Assembly: GCA_964511255.1 (NCBI GenBank)
Contig: CAZEEQ010000014.1
Coordinates: forward strand, 1,486-65,485
Length of the DNA: 64,000 bases
Origin: an uncultured Paraperlucidibaca sp.
GTDB taxonomy: Bacteria; Pseudomonadota; Gammaproteobacteria; Pseudomonadales; Moraxellaceae
Reading direction: 5' to 3'
In this document: piece by piece, positions 9,159 through 19,603 of the stretch
Position numbering within the stretch: the first letter of the stretch is position 1
Layout of the letters: each line of letters starts with the position of its first letter
Translations under genes and position numbers: made by a program
The notes under the pieces: generated by a model
The model's database searches: none
What the model saw: only the letters and a program-made list of their open reading frames with translations
What the model was told of the DNA's origin: nothing

Positions 9159-9485
9159 ATGAAAAAGCTGCAGACCCTGACCCCGATCGCTGCCATGTTC
9201 GCCCTGTCCCTCGCTGGCGTGGCTCACGCCGCTGAAGCCCCGGCCGCTGCTGCCGGCGCTGCTGCCACTGCTCCGGCAGAAGGCAAGTGCGGTGCCGCAA
9301 AGAAGGCCGGTGAAGCCAAGTGTGGCGGCGACAAGAAGGCCCATGAAGGCAAGTGTGGCGAAGCCAAGTGCGGCGCCACCAAGAAGGCCCATGAAGGCAA
9401 GTGCGGCGAAGCCAAGTGCGGCGCTACCAAGAAGGCCCACGAAGGCAAGTGTGGCGAAGCCAAGTGCGGCGCCAGCAAGAAGTAA
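9159..9485 (+). CDS. Secreted RiPP precursor, HvfA/bufferin-like (E[GA]KCG repeats)
   Basis: Sec signal ending AHA, eight E[GA]KCG motifs, directly upstream of a DUF692 gene. Confidence 0.9.
   Translation: MKKLQTLTPIAAMFALSLAGVAHAAEAPAAAAGAAATAPAEGKCGAAKKAGEAKCGGDKKAHEGKCGEAKCGATKKAHEGKCGEAKCGATKKAHEGKCGEAKCGASKK
9333..9476 (+). repeat. Three near-identical 48-nt coding tandem repeats (KKAHEGKCGEAKCGA[TS])
   Basis: Units at 9333-9380, 9381-9428 and 9429-9476. Confidence 0.95.
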
Positions 9486-9501
9486 GCTGCAGGACGACGG
9501 G

Positions 9502-10368
9502 ATGACTCATTCACGCTTTCCCGTCAGTGGTGCCGGCCTCGGTCTGAGACGCAGCTTCCTGGCTGAGCTCGACCGGGTCCCGGCGGCCACGCTCCCCGAT
9601 TTTTTCGAGATTGCCCCGGAGAACTGGCTGGGCATGGGCGGACAATACGCCCGCAATCTGCGCGCGCTCACCGAGCGCCATCCTTTCGTCTGCCATGGCC
9701 TGTCCCTGTCCATCGGCGGGCCGGCACCGCTGGACCTGGAGTTTCTGTCCCGGCTGCGCGACTTCCTCGACCAGCACCAGATCCGCGCCTATTCTGAGCA
9801 CCTGAGCTATACCGGTGATGCCGGGCATTTGTATGACCTGCTGCCGATTCCGATGACCGACGCCGCTGCCGACTATGTCGCTGCGCGCGTGCGCCAGGTC
9901 CAGGACATTCTTGGCCGTCGTCTGGTACTGGAAAACGTCTCCACCTATGCCGCGCCGGGCGCCGAGATGAGCGAAGCCGATTTCGTCCGTGCCGTGGTGG
10001 AACGCGCCGACTGTGGTCTGCTGCTCGACATCAACAATATCTACGTCAACAGCATCAACCACGGCTACGATGCCGAAGCCTTCCTGGCAGCCATGCCGGG
10101 TGAGCGCATCAGCTATGTGCATATCGCCGGACACTATGTGGAAGCCGATGATCTGCGCATCGATACCCATGGTGATGATGTCATCGCGCCGGTCTGGGAC
10201 CTGCTGCGCTCAGCCTATCAGCGTTTCGGCGTGCTCCCGACCCTGCTTGAGCGCGATTTCAACATTCCGCCCATGGCGGCCCTGCTGGGTGAGGTCGGCA
10301 TCATCCGCCAGCATCAGGCCGAAGCGCAGCTCCCCCTGGCGGCGGCATCACAGGTGCAACATGGCTGA
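9502..10368 (+). CDS. Multinuclear non-heme iron oxidase (MNIO, DUF692; HvfB-like)
   Basis: GLGLRR, APENW, HGLSLSIGG, SEHL, LENVS, LLDINNIYVN, HIAGH, IDTHG, LLERD motifs; start moved to ATG 9502. Confidence 0.93.
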   Translation: MTHSRFPVSGAGLGLRRSFLAELDRVPAATLPDFFEIAPENWLGMGGQYARNLRALTERHPFVCHGLSLSIGGPAPLDLEFLSRLRDFLDQHQIRAYSEHLSYTGDAGHLYDLLPIPMTDAAADYVAARVRQVQDILGRRLVLENVSTYAAPGAEMSEADFVRAVVERADCGLLLDINNIYVNSINHGYDAEAFLAAMPGERISYVHIAGHYVEADDLRIDTHGDDVIAPVWDLLRSAYQRFGVLPTLLERDFNIPPMAALLGEVGIIRQHQAEAQLPLAAASQVQHG

Positions 10369-11134
10369 ACGCTTTCAGCAAGTGCAGCGACAGTTCACGC
10401 AATGGCTGCGCCATCCCGACGACAGCGCAGCACCGGCCGGCATCGAAGCCCGGCGACTGGCCATCTATCGCGAACTGCTGTTCAACAATGTCATGACTTT
10501 TGTCGAGGGCACCTTCCCGGTCGCGCTGGCATTGATGCCGGCATCGCTGAGCGAAAAACTGAAATCCGGTTTTTTTGCAGAATTTGAGTGCCAATCACCA
10601 TTTTTTTACGATATTTCTCTGCATTTCAGGAAATATGTCGAGCGCCTCGACTGGCCTGAACTGGCCAGCTGCCCCTGGCTGACCGAGCTGCTGCATTTTG
10701 AATGGATGGAGCTTGCCGCCGATATCGCGGAAGACCCCAACCCCTCAGCCCACCCGGAAACCCGTCTCGCCGACGGCGATTTCCCGGCCGGCGCCGGACA
10801 ACGCCTGCGCCTGGCCGCGCCGGTCTGGGCACTGGCCTATCAGTGGCGCGTGCACAGCTGGCATGCGGGTACCGACCCGGACAGTCTGACACCCTCGCCG
10901 GTCTGTCTGCTGGCTTATCGGGACACCGCGGAGCAGGTGCAGGTACTGGAGGTCGAGCCCCTCGCTGCCTGGCTGATCGAGTGTATCCAGTCCGATGATC
11001 AGGGCCTGACGCTGGCGGCCCTCGCCAGCCACCTCGCCACCGCCACGCCAGGATTACCTCATGAGCAGGCGGCAACCGCCTGCGCCAGCATCCTGGCCGG
11101 CCTCCACCGCAGCGGCATCGCTTTTCACGCCTGA
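10361..11134 (+). CDS. MNIO partner protein (DUF2063, HvfC-like)
   Basis: QRQFTQWLRHP...RRLAIYRELLFNN...ELLHFEWMEL; overlaps the MNIO stop. Confidence 0.85.
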   Translation: MAERFQQVQRQFTQWLRHPDDSAAPAGIEARRLAIYRELLFNNVMTFVEGTFPVALALMPASLSEKLKSGFFAEFECQSPFFYDISLHFRKYVERLDWPELASCPWLTELLHFEWMELAADIAEDPNPSAHPETRLADGDFPAGAGQRLRLAAPVWALAYQWRVHSWHAGTDPDSLTPSPVCLLAYRDTAEQVQVLEVEPLAAWLIECIQSDDQGLTLAALASHLATATPGLPHEQAATACASILAGLHRSGIAFHA

Positions 11135-11173
11135 GCACTGGACAGAAGCGCCGGCACGCGCTGCAATCGCGCC

Positions 11174-12001
11174 ATGCCTGAACTCCCCGAAGTCGAAACC
11201 ACCTGCCGCGGCATTGCGCCACATATCGCCGGCAGCCGCATCCGTCGCCTGACCATCCACGATGGCCGCCTGCGCTGGCCGGTACCCGCCGAACTGCCCG
11301 GGCAGCTGGCCGGGCAAGCGGTGACGGCGGTCACGCGACGCGGCAAATACCTGCTGTTTCACACGCCCGCCGGGATCATGATGGTGCACCTCGGCATGTC
11401 CGGCAGCTTGCGCCTGGTGACACCGGGCGCACCACGCAAGACCCATGATCATCTCGTCTGGGATATCGATTCCGGCTGGGAACTGCGCTTCCACGATCCG
11501 CGCCGTTTCGGCTGCTGTCTGTGGCTGACCGGAGCGCTGCTGCGTGATCCGCAACAGCATCCGCTGCTGGCCTCACTGGGTCCGGAGCCGCTCACCGATG
11601 ACTTCCGAGACGACCACCTGTTCCGTGCCAGCCGCGGCAAGACGGCGCCGGTGAAGAGCTTTCTGATGGACAGCCATGTCGTGGTCGGCGTCGGCAACAT
11701 CTACGCCAACGAGGCGCTGTTCCGCGTCGGCATCCACCCGCTGCGCGAAGCCGGGCGCATCGGCCCGGCGCGCTACCTGCGCCTGACCGAGGCCATCCGC
11801 GACATCCTCGCACAAGCGATTGAACGGGGTGGCACCACGCTGCGTGACTTCGTCAACGGCAATGGCGAACCCGGCTATTTTCAGCAGGAGCTATCGGTCT
11901 ACGGGCGCGCCGGACTGCCCTGCGTGCAATGCACACGCCCGCTCAAGGAAGTCAGGCTGAGCACCCGCAGCACGGTGTACTGCGGGCACTGTCAGCACTA
12001 G
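11174..12001 (+). CDS. mutM: Formamidopyrimidine-DNA glycosylase
   Basis: MPELPEVET, RRGKYL, HLGMSG, GVGNIYANE, C-terminal zinc finger. Confidence 0.97.
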   Translation: MPELPEVETTCRGIAPHIAGSRIRRLTIHDGRLRWPVPAELPGQLAGQAVTAVTRRGKYLLFHTPAGIMMVHLGMSGSLRLVTPGAPRKTHDHLVWDIDSGWELRFHDPRRFGCCLWLTGALLRDPQQHPLLASLGPEPLTDDFRDDHLFRASRGKTAPVKSFLMDSHVVVGVGNIYANEALFRVGIHPLREAGRIGPARYLRLTEAIRDILAQAIERGGTTLRDFVNGNGEPGYFQQELSVYGRAGLPCVQCTRPLKEVRLSTRSTVYCGHCQH

Positions 12002-12051
12002 CGGGGGGTGCCGGCAGCACGGAGCGCAGGCCCCGCGTCGCCGGCAACGCC

Positions 12052-14187
12052 TCAGAGGCTGCCCTGACTGGCGCCGGCAGGCAGTGTCAGGCGACGGCCA
12101 TCACTGAGACGCAGCTGCACCGGTCCGTCGCTGTCGATGACATAGGTCACGGCCTTGCCGGTGAGGCAGGTGGCAACCGCATCAATCTGCAGCGCCGACA
12201 CATTGCGCAGACTGCCCTCGATTTTCGCCACGGCAGCCACCGGATCGCTGCCGGCAATGGCGCGCAGTGTCGCGACCCAGGGCACCGGGTCCAGCCCGGC
12301 ATCCTGGGCACCAGCGAAGGTCCAGATACTGCCGCCGCAACCCGGCACGCTCAGGTCGACATCGCTGTAGCCAGCGGCACGACCGGTGATGCCCGACACC
12401 CAGTAGGCCTTGTCATGGGCGATGCCGTATTCGGGATAGTTGAAGGCGAGATCGGTGCGATAGGTCACCTGCGTCGGGTTCTTCACGCGGACCAGGTCCT
12501 TGGTGTAGGTCGCCTCCTTCTGCCAGCCATCCAGCAGCATGAAGGTCAGATGCTCGGCCACCGGGTGCAGATAGAACTTGTGCGGCACACCGAGCGCATC
12601 CAGACGCTGCGCCAGCGCCAGCGAGCTGGTGATATGCACCAGCTCATCCGCGGCCGCATAGAGATAGGCACCCGGTACATGGCGGAGATTGCCGAGAAAA
12701 TCGATGATGTTCTCGGCCCCCCCGATGCTGGCGCCATTGGCAAAGCTCGGAATGGTCGATGCCAGTCCCAGTGTGCGCAGCAACTCCGGAAGCGGATTGC
12801 CCGGCAGCGGGAGATTGGTCAGGTCACCCGTGAATCCCACCCAGCTCACCATCCCGGCAAAACGGTCAGGATAGAGCGCCGCCAGACGCATGGCGCCATA
12901 GCCGCCCATGGAGTAGCCGCTGCTGAACACGCGATCCTTGTCGGTGCCATAGGTGGTTTCGACATCCGCCAGCGCATCCAGGACATCGCGCTCGGAAATG
13001 CCCGAGTAGAAGCCGTAGGGGCCGCGTCCCAGCGGCGAGACGAGAATGCGGTTGAGGTCATCACCGAACTGCTTCTGCATATTCGGTTCGTTGATCTGGC
13101 TGGCGTGATTGGCCTCGCAGCCATGCATCACGACCTGCACGCCCGGCTTGGCGGACGCACCGGCACTGCTGCCTTTGGGCAGGTAGACACCATAAGGCTG
13201 GTATTTGCCGAGATAGTGGAAGTACTGCTCGCAGGGCAGCTTGGTATCGCCATGGCGACCCGGGACACCGCTCATCTTGATGCCTTCTCCGAGCGTGTAC
13301 TGCGACGTATACACACGCTGATGAAAGCCGGTCGGCTTCGGCGCCACCCGCGAGACCCCAGTGCGCAGATCCGCAACCTGAACGACTTCGCCGAAAACGG
13401 AAATATCGCCACTGCCGAGCGCAGCCGCCTGTCGGTCCTCCCAGAAATTGCCGGAACCGGGCAGGATCTGGTCCGGCAGAGTACCGGCCTTGGCCTGCTC
13501 ATCAATGCCGCGAAAGGCCACATTCATCACCGTGCCGTCCTTCTGGGCGACAGCCGCCTGGACACGCCAGGACGTGCCAGCCGGTAACGGCAGACGACCG
13601 ACAATGTGATTGGTGGCAGGGTTGCCGGCGCTGAATACCTTAAGCACTTCCCAGCCCTGGCTGGCCGTCTTCAGTGGCGCCCAGGCGCCACCCCCGGTGG
13701 CGGGGTTGTTGTCGGTGTCGATCGCAATCGCCGCGAGCGCATCGTCGGCATTGAACAGCGTGTTGAGCTCGAAGTCCGCGACCAGCTCGCTGCCTTCCAC
13801 CGACAAGGTGAGCCTGACCAGATCAGCCGTGTTCTCGAGACCGGCGGGATAACGCTTGTCGCCGGCGCTGGGCGCCAGCAGGCTGGGCGTGTTGGCCAGC
13901 GGCGAGCCGAAGTGGCCGAACCGATTGGTCAGATTGAGCAGGGTCGGATCAGGCGAAATCAGCCCGGCATCGGCACCATAGTCATCGTAAACATAGTCGC
14001 TGTAGATCAGGCGGCCACTGCAAAGCTCAGTGGTACCGGCGACCCAGGACGTGCGCCCACAGGCAGCCGATGACGTTTGCGGGGCACCTGTCCCACCAAC
14101 GCCGGCAGGACTGCTCTGGTCGCCGGAATCACTGCCGCCACAGGCGGCAAGCCCGGCAACGGCCAGGCAAATAATCTGAAAACGCAT
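12052..14187 (-). CDS. Large lipoprotein with serine hydrolase domain (uncharacterised)
   Basis: Lipobox LAAC; GYSMGG nucleophile elbow; candidate Asp (AADELV) and His (AEHLTF); beta-rich N- and C-terminal extensions. Confidence 0.75.
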   Translation of the reverse strand: MRFQIICLAVAGLAACGGSDSGDQSSPAGVGGTGAPQTSSAACGRTSWVAGTTELCSGRLIYSDYVYDDYGADAGLISPDPTLLNLTNRFGHFGSPLANTPSLLAPSAGDKRYPAGLENTADLVRLTLSVEGSELVADFELNTLFNADDALAAIAIDTDNNPATGGGAWAPLKTASQGWEVLKVFSAGNPATNHIVGRLPLPAGTSWRVQAAVAQKDGTVMNVAFRGIDEQAKAGTLPDQILPGSGNFWEDRQAAALGSGDISVFGEVVQVADLRTGVSRVAPKPTGFHQRVYTSQYTLGEGIKMSGVPGRHGDTKLPCEQYFHYLGKYQPYGVYLPKGSSAGASAKPGVQVVMHGCEANHASQINEPNMQKQFGDDLNRILVSPLGRGPYGFYSGISERDVLDALADVETTYGTDKDRVFSSGYSMGGYGAMRLAALYPDRFAGMVSWVGFTGDLTNLPLPGNPLPELLRTLGLASTIPSFANGASIGGAENIIDFLGNLRHVPGAYLYAAADELVHITSSLALAQRLDALGVPHKFYLHPVAEHLTFMLLDGWQKEATYTKDLVRVKNPTQVTYRTDLAFNYPEYGIAHDKAYWVSGITGRAAGYSDVDLSVPGCGGSIWTFAGAQDAGLDPVPWVATLRAIAGSDPVAAVAKIEGSLRNVSALQIDAVATCLTGKAVTYVIDSDGPVQLRLSDGRRLTLPAGASQGSL

Positions 14188-14229
14188 ATTGTCACTCTCC
14201 TTGTTTTGGGCTTTATACGGCCTGAGTGA

Positions 14230-15119
<890 letters not shown>

Positions 15120-15143
15120 CAATAGACGGCGGAGACGGACATC

Positions 15144-15677
15144 ATGCAAACCCGAATCAGGCCGGCGCTCGCGCTGACCCTGCTGCTGGCCGGCTGCCCC
15201 GGCGCATCGGTCGCTGAACAGGTTATCCCGCCTTCCCCGGCACCCCAGGAAGCCGCTCGCGAGACGAAGAAAGCCGCCGAGCCGGCACCGTCGCCGTCGC
15301 CGGCGCTGGCCGGCCAGGACAGTCCGGACGACAGCGCGAAGGCGCTTAACGACGCCAGACGCGCCCCGTCAGCGCCTGAGGGCAATGACATCATCGCGCG
15401 CGGAAAAGCCTCTTATTACCATCTGCGCTTCAACGGCCGCCGCACGGCCAGCGGTCAGCGCTACGACAATGACGCCATGACCGCCGCGCACCGGACCTTG
15501 CCCTTCGGCACCGAAGTACGCGTCACCAACGTCCGCAATGGCAAAAGCGTGGTGGTGAGGATCAATGACCGCGGCCCCTTCCGCAAAAGCCGCGTCATTG
15601 ATGTCTCGGGTGCGGCTGCCCAGGCACTCGGCCTGCTGCATCACGGGATTGGCGAGGTAACCCTTTCCCGCCCGTGA
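15144..15677 (+). CDS. RlpA-family (DPBB) lytic transglycosylase lipoprotein
   Basis: LAGC lipobox; GKASYY, TAAHRTLPFGT, RINDRGPF. Confidence 0.9.
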   Translation: MQTRIRPALALTLLLAGCPGASVAEQVIPPSPAPQEAARETKKAAEPAPSPSPALAGQDSPDDSAKALNDARRAPSAPEGNDIIARGKASYYHLRFNGRRTASGQRYDNDAMTAAHRTLPFGTEVRVTNVRNGKSVVVRINDRGPFRKSRVIDVSGAAAQALGLLHHGIGEVTLSRP

Positions 15678-15698
15678 GCTCCCTGCACCCGGCCCGGA

Positions 15699-17348
15699 TC
15701 AGGCCAGGGTGAAAGAAAACTCACGAACGCGGAAAGCGCCGGTCGGTGCCAGCCGATCAGCAAGCCCCGTGGCCAGACGCGTCACCAGACCATAGATCGA
15801 CAGCTGGGGATTGGCGCCGATACTGGTCGGGAACAACGAGCCATCGAGTACGCTGAGGCGTCCGAGGTGATGGAACTCACCCCGGCTGTTGACCACTGAG
15901 CGCGCCTCTTCCTCACCCATGGCACAGCCGCCCATGAGGTGCGCCGAGCCCACGCCCGTCCGGAATTTTTCGATGGAGAACCCCATGATGGCCTCCCGGC
16001 AGGCCTGCCATGAGGTGTAAGTCCCCCCCGCCATCTGCATCGGCCGCACACTGCGGGCGCCGGCCGCGAACTGGATTTCGGCCATGGCCAGGAAAGCCCG
16101 TCGCAAGCCATCGCCGATACTGTCACTGATGTCGTATTCCAGCACCGGAGAGCCGTCGTCACGCAGGCTGACATGGCCGCCCGGCGAGTCTTCGGTGAAG
16201 CCGTCGCGCAGCAGCGCGATCATGCCGTTGAGATGGCCGAGCTGACTCATTTCACGCACATGGTCAGCGCCATGGTTGCCGAGGAGGCTGGCGACAAAAC
16301 CCGGCAGCGTCGGCAGCACTTCGATCTTGAAGCCGACAGGCCCCGTCGCGCCATCCTTCCACTGAAAGTGATCGGAATAGATCGACTGTGGCGCGCCATT
16401 GAAGCCGTTGACCGGACGCTCATAGAGTGCGAACGACGCCGTCACCGGATGAATCATGGTGCGCTTGCCAATGGTCTCATGCGGATCAGGCACCCCGGAG
16501 CGCAGCAGGATGCCGGGATTGTTGATGGCCCCGCCCGCCAGCACGGTGTGGCGCGCCTTCACGGTCAGGGTGACTCCGGTAGGCTGGTGCCCGACCTCCG
16601 GCATGCCGTCCGCCAGCACGCCTTCGACCTGGTCACCGGCCATCAGCAGCTTGCGCACACGGGCGCGCTGATACAGCACGGCACCGGCATTGAGCGCCGC
16701 CGGGATTGTCGTCACCAGCATGGACTGCTTGGCATTGGTCGGACAGCCGACACCGCACATGCCGAGATTCCAGCAACCCGAGACATTGCGCGGAATCGTA
16801 TGCCAGCTCAGCCCGAGCTTCTCGCAACCCTGACGGATGATGTCGTTGTTTTCGTTCGGCGGCACCTGCCACGGACTGATGCTGAGGCGCTGCTCGGCAC
16901 GCTCGAACCACTGCGCCATCTCGGCTTCGCTGACGCCCTTGACGCCATGCACCTCGGCCCAGTGTTTCAGGGTCTGTGGCGGCGTCCGGAAGCTCGATGT
17001 CCAGTTCACCACCGTGGTGCCGCCGACGGCCCGTCCCTGCATGAGCGTGATGGCGGCATCCTTTGTGGTACGCCCGCCCCCCTCCTGATAGAGGTCGCGG
17101 AAGGCTTCCGCTTCGCGCATCTTGAAATCATTGCTGGAGCGCAGCGGCCCCTCCTCCAGCAGCACGACGCTGAGGCCGGAGCGGCTCAGGATCTCGGCAG
17201 CCGTGCCACCGCCGGCTCCGGTGCCGACAATGACGACATCGCATTCGATCGTGGTGTTCTGCTTCAGCTCGCCGGCGTGATGTACCTTCCAGCCGCCGGC
17301 AATGCCGGCACGGATCGGGTCTGGGATGCCCGCGACTTCAATGGCCAT
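15699..17348 (-). CDS. GMC-family oxidoreductase (LaoA-like long-chain alcohol oxidation)
   Basis: GTGAGGG, GGTTVVNW, CWNLGMCGVGCP, SAHLMGG, SIGANPQ; start moved to ATG 17348. Confidence 0.88.
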   Translation of the reverse strand: MAIEVAGIPDPIRAGIAGGWKVHHAGELKQNTTIECDVVIVGTGAGGGTAAEILSRSGLSVVLLEEGPLRSSNDFKMREAEAFRDLYQEGGGRTTKDAAITLMQGRAVGGTTVVNWTSSFRTPPQTLKHWAEVHGVKGVSEAEMAQWFERAEQRLSISPWQVPPNENNDIIRQGCEKLGLSWHTIPRNVSGCWNLGMCGVGCPTNAKQSMLVTTIPAALNAGAVLYQRARVRKLLMAGDQVEGVLADGMPEVGHQPTGVTLTVKARHTVLAGGAINNPGILLRSGVPDPHETIGKRTMIHPVTASFALYERPVNGFNGAPQSIYSDHFQWKDGATGPVGFKIEVLPTLPGFVASLLGNHGADHVREMSQLGHLNGMIALLRDGFTEDSPGGHVSLRDDGSPVLEYDISDSIGDGLRRAFLAMAEIQFAAGARSVRPMQMAGGTYTSWQACREAIMGFSIEKFRTGVGSAHLMGGCAMGEEEARSVVNSRGEFHHLGRLSVLDGSLFPTSIGANPQLSIYGLVTRLATGLADRLAPTGAFRVREFSFTLA

Positions 17349-17373
17349 GTTTCTCTCCTCGGACGGTGCCGCC

Positions 17374-17919
17374 TCAGACAATACGGACAGGGGCTTCGTA
17401 GCCTGTTGCCGGCCAGCTTTCCGGCAGCAGGTACCAGGAGGCCGTGATGATCTTGACCAGACCGGCATAACCGGCACGGAACATGCCGATGCTGCTGTCG
17501 CGCCAGCGCAGCAGGAAGGCTTCGAGATCTTCCGGTGACGCATCAGGCCAGTCGGACCAGAGACGGGCCAGGGCGATGCGCGCCGGCGGCAGACTGAGCA
17601 GGTCGAAGAGCTGATAAAGCGGAGCCATGGCACCCGGACTGGTGGCGCCGATGAAGTTGTCGAGGGACACGAGCGTCTTGTCGATGGCCGCGGCAGCCGC
17701 AGCACCGGCCGGGATGGCGCCGGCGAGCACGACCGGAATCAGCGCACGCACGACACGGATGTCCTGCTCACGCAGGAAGGCATGACCTGCCGCCGGTTGC
17801 GGACTGGCACAGCCCGTCAGCAGGGCCGTGGCCGAGCCGGTGGCGAGCAGCACACTGCCCAGTGAGCCGGCTTTGAGGAAGGTGCGACGACTGAACGGCG
17901 CGACAGCGGGCTGCGACAT
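17374..17919 (-). CDS. Twin-arginine signal partner protein (LaoB-like)
   Basis: SRRTFLK Tat motif and LTGC; lies between the ALDH and GMC genes as in Pseudomonas laoCBA. Confidence 0.8.
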   Translation of the reverse strand: MSQPAVAPFSRRTFLKAGSLGSVLLATGSATALLTGCASPQPAAGHAFLREQDIRVVRALIPVVLAGAIPAGAAAAAAIDKTLVSLDNFIGATSPGAMAPLYQLFDLLSLPPARIALARLWSDWPDASPEDLEAFLLRWRDSSIGMFRAGYAGLVKIITASWYLLPESWPATGYEAPVRIV

Positions 17920-17998
17920 GAACAGCCTCCTACTTGTTGTTGTTATGAGGGTGTTGTTGTCAGGTATAGCGCTGAAGCCGGATCACATCAATCGGCAT

Positions 17999-18028
17999 TC
18001 GTCAGCCGGCTTCACCGCCGGCTGACGA
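17999..18028. other. 12-bp perfect stem-loop between the ALDH and Tat-protein genes
   Basis: TCGTCAGCCGGC-ttcacc-GCCGGCTGACGA. Confidence 0.75.
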
Positions 18029-18037
18029 GCGTCCAGC

Positions 18038-19498
18038 TTACTTGCTGAGGAAGAGCTTCTGGATCAGGTTGTGTGCCGTGCGATTGAACGGCGGCAGGAT
18101 GTAGCGCACGGAATAGATTTTCGAACGTTCCAGCACCGCCTTCATGTTGGAATAGGTTTCGAAACCCTCCTTGGCATGATAACGGCCCATGCCGGACGGA
18201 CCGACACCGCCGAAGGGCAGGTCATCGACGCCCACATGCGTCACCACATCGTTGATGCCGACGCCACCGGAGTGCGTGTGCGTCACGACATAATCAGCGC
18301 GGGCCTCGTCGTTGTCGAAGTAGTACAGGGCCAGCGGACGCGCGCGCGCGTTGACGAACTCCAGCGCCTGCGACAGCGACTCGACTTCCAGGATCGGCAG
18401 CACCGGCCCGAAGATCTCGTTCTGCATGATCAGCATATCCGGCGTAGCACCGATCACGAGGGTCGGCGGAATCTTGCGGGTATTCTCGAAGCGTTCATTG
18501 GCCGGGTTGATTTCGATCACGCGGGCACCCTGGGCGCGGGCATCATCGAGATACGACTGGATACGGTCGTACTGCTTGTCGTTGACGATGCTGGTGAAGT
18601 CGGCGTTGGTCAGCAGCGTCGGATACATCTTGCTGACCTGGGCACTGAACGAGATCACAAACTGATCGGTCTTGCCGCGCGACAACAGCAGGTAGTCAGG
18701 CGCCACGCAGGTCTGGCCGGCGTTCCAGCACTTGCCGAAAGCAATGCGCTCGGCCGCATCGACCAGCGGATAGGACTCATGGACGATGGCCGGGGACTTG
18801 CCGCCCAGCTCCAGCAGCACCGGTGTCAGGTTGGCAGCGGCATTGGCCATGATGGTACGGCCGACATTGGTCGAACCGGTAAAGGTGATCTGGTCAAAGG
18901 GCATGTGGCTGAAGGCTTCGGAGACTTCGCCACGGCCGGTGATGACGGCCACGCTGTCTTCGGCAAAGGCTTCGGCGAGCATGCGCTTGAGCGTCTCGCC
19001 CAGACGCGGCGTGAAGCTGGAGGTCTTGATCATGACGCGGTTGCCGGCGCTGAGGGCACCGATCAGCGGACCCAGCGCCAGGAAAATCGGATAGTTCCAG
19101 GGCACCACGACACCGATCACACCCAGCGGCTGCGGCACCACACGGGCTTTGGCCGGGGTCGCCATCAGACCGGAGTGACGCTTCTGCGGCTTCATCCAGT
19201 TGGTCAGATTCTTGGTGGCGTACTTGATGGCTTCGAGTGTGGTCAGCACTTCGGCGAGCTTGGTCTCGTCCTTGGAACGGTGACCGAAATCCTGGCTGAC
19301 GGCATCGGCGAGGTCATCCTGATACTTGATGACGGCTTCGCGCAGCCGCTTGAGACCCGCCAGGCGCTCATTGGCGGAAGGCATGGGACGCAGGGCATAG
19401 GCAGAGCGTTGTGCCTGGAAAATGCGCTGCATGTCAGCAACCTGGGGGTTGTTTGCAGCCAGATGAGCGATATGGGCGACCATGTTGACCTCAGCCAT
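18038..19498 (-). CDS. Aldehyde dehydrogenase (coniferyl-aldehyde/LaoC-like, ALDH3 type)
   Basis: PWNYP, FTGSTNVG, LELGGKSP, NAGQTCVAPDY, EIFGP, PFGGVGPSGMG. Confidence 0.93.
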   Translation of the reverse strand: MAEVNMVAHIAHLAANNPQVADMQRIFQAQRSAYALRPMPSANERLAGLKRLREAVIKYQDDLADAVSQDFGHRSKDETKLAEVLTTLEAIKYATKNLTNWMKPQKRHSGLMATPAKARVVPQPLGVIGVVVPWNYPIFLALGPLIGALSAGNRVMIKTSSFTPRLGETLKRMLAEAFAEDSVAVITGRGEVSEAFSHMPFDQITFTGSTNVGRTIMANAAANLTPVLLELGGKSPAIVHESYPLVDAAERIAFGKCWNAGQTCVAPDYLLLSRGKTDQFVISFSAQVSKMYPTLLTNADFTSIVNDKQYDRIQSYLDDARAQGARVIEINPANERFENTRKIPPTLVIGATPDMLIMQNEIFGPVLPILEVESLSQALEFVNARARPLALYYFDNDEARADYVVTHTHSGGVGINDVVTHVGVDDLPFGGVGPSGMGRYHAKEGFETYSNMKAVLERSKIYSVRYILPPFNRTAHNLIQKLFLSK

Positions 19499-19542
19499 TA
19501 ACTGTTTGCCGGCACGAGTGATGACGACTTGTGCGGCTTTTT

Positions 19543-19558
19543 TAGAGCATTTACTCTA
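19543..19558. promoter_or_regulatory. Palindromic candidate TetR operator
   Basis: TAGAG-CATTTA-CTCTA in the AT-rich divergent region between the ALDH and TetR genes. Confidence 0.55.
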
Positions 19559-19603
19559 TTATGTCAACGAAGGCTGAACCACCATCATCAGAAAGGGGCT
19601 GCA

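Noticed and set aside
9333..9476. Regular 48-nt repeats as a possible CRISPR array
   Set aside because: No unique spacers, in-frame coding repeats with synonymous variation, and no cas genes
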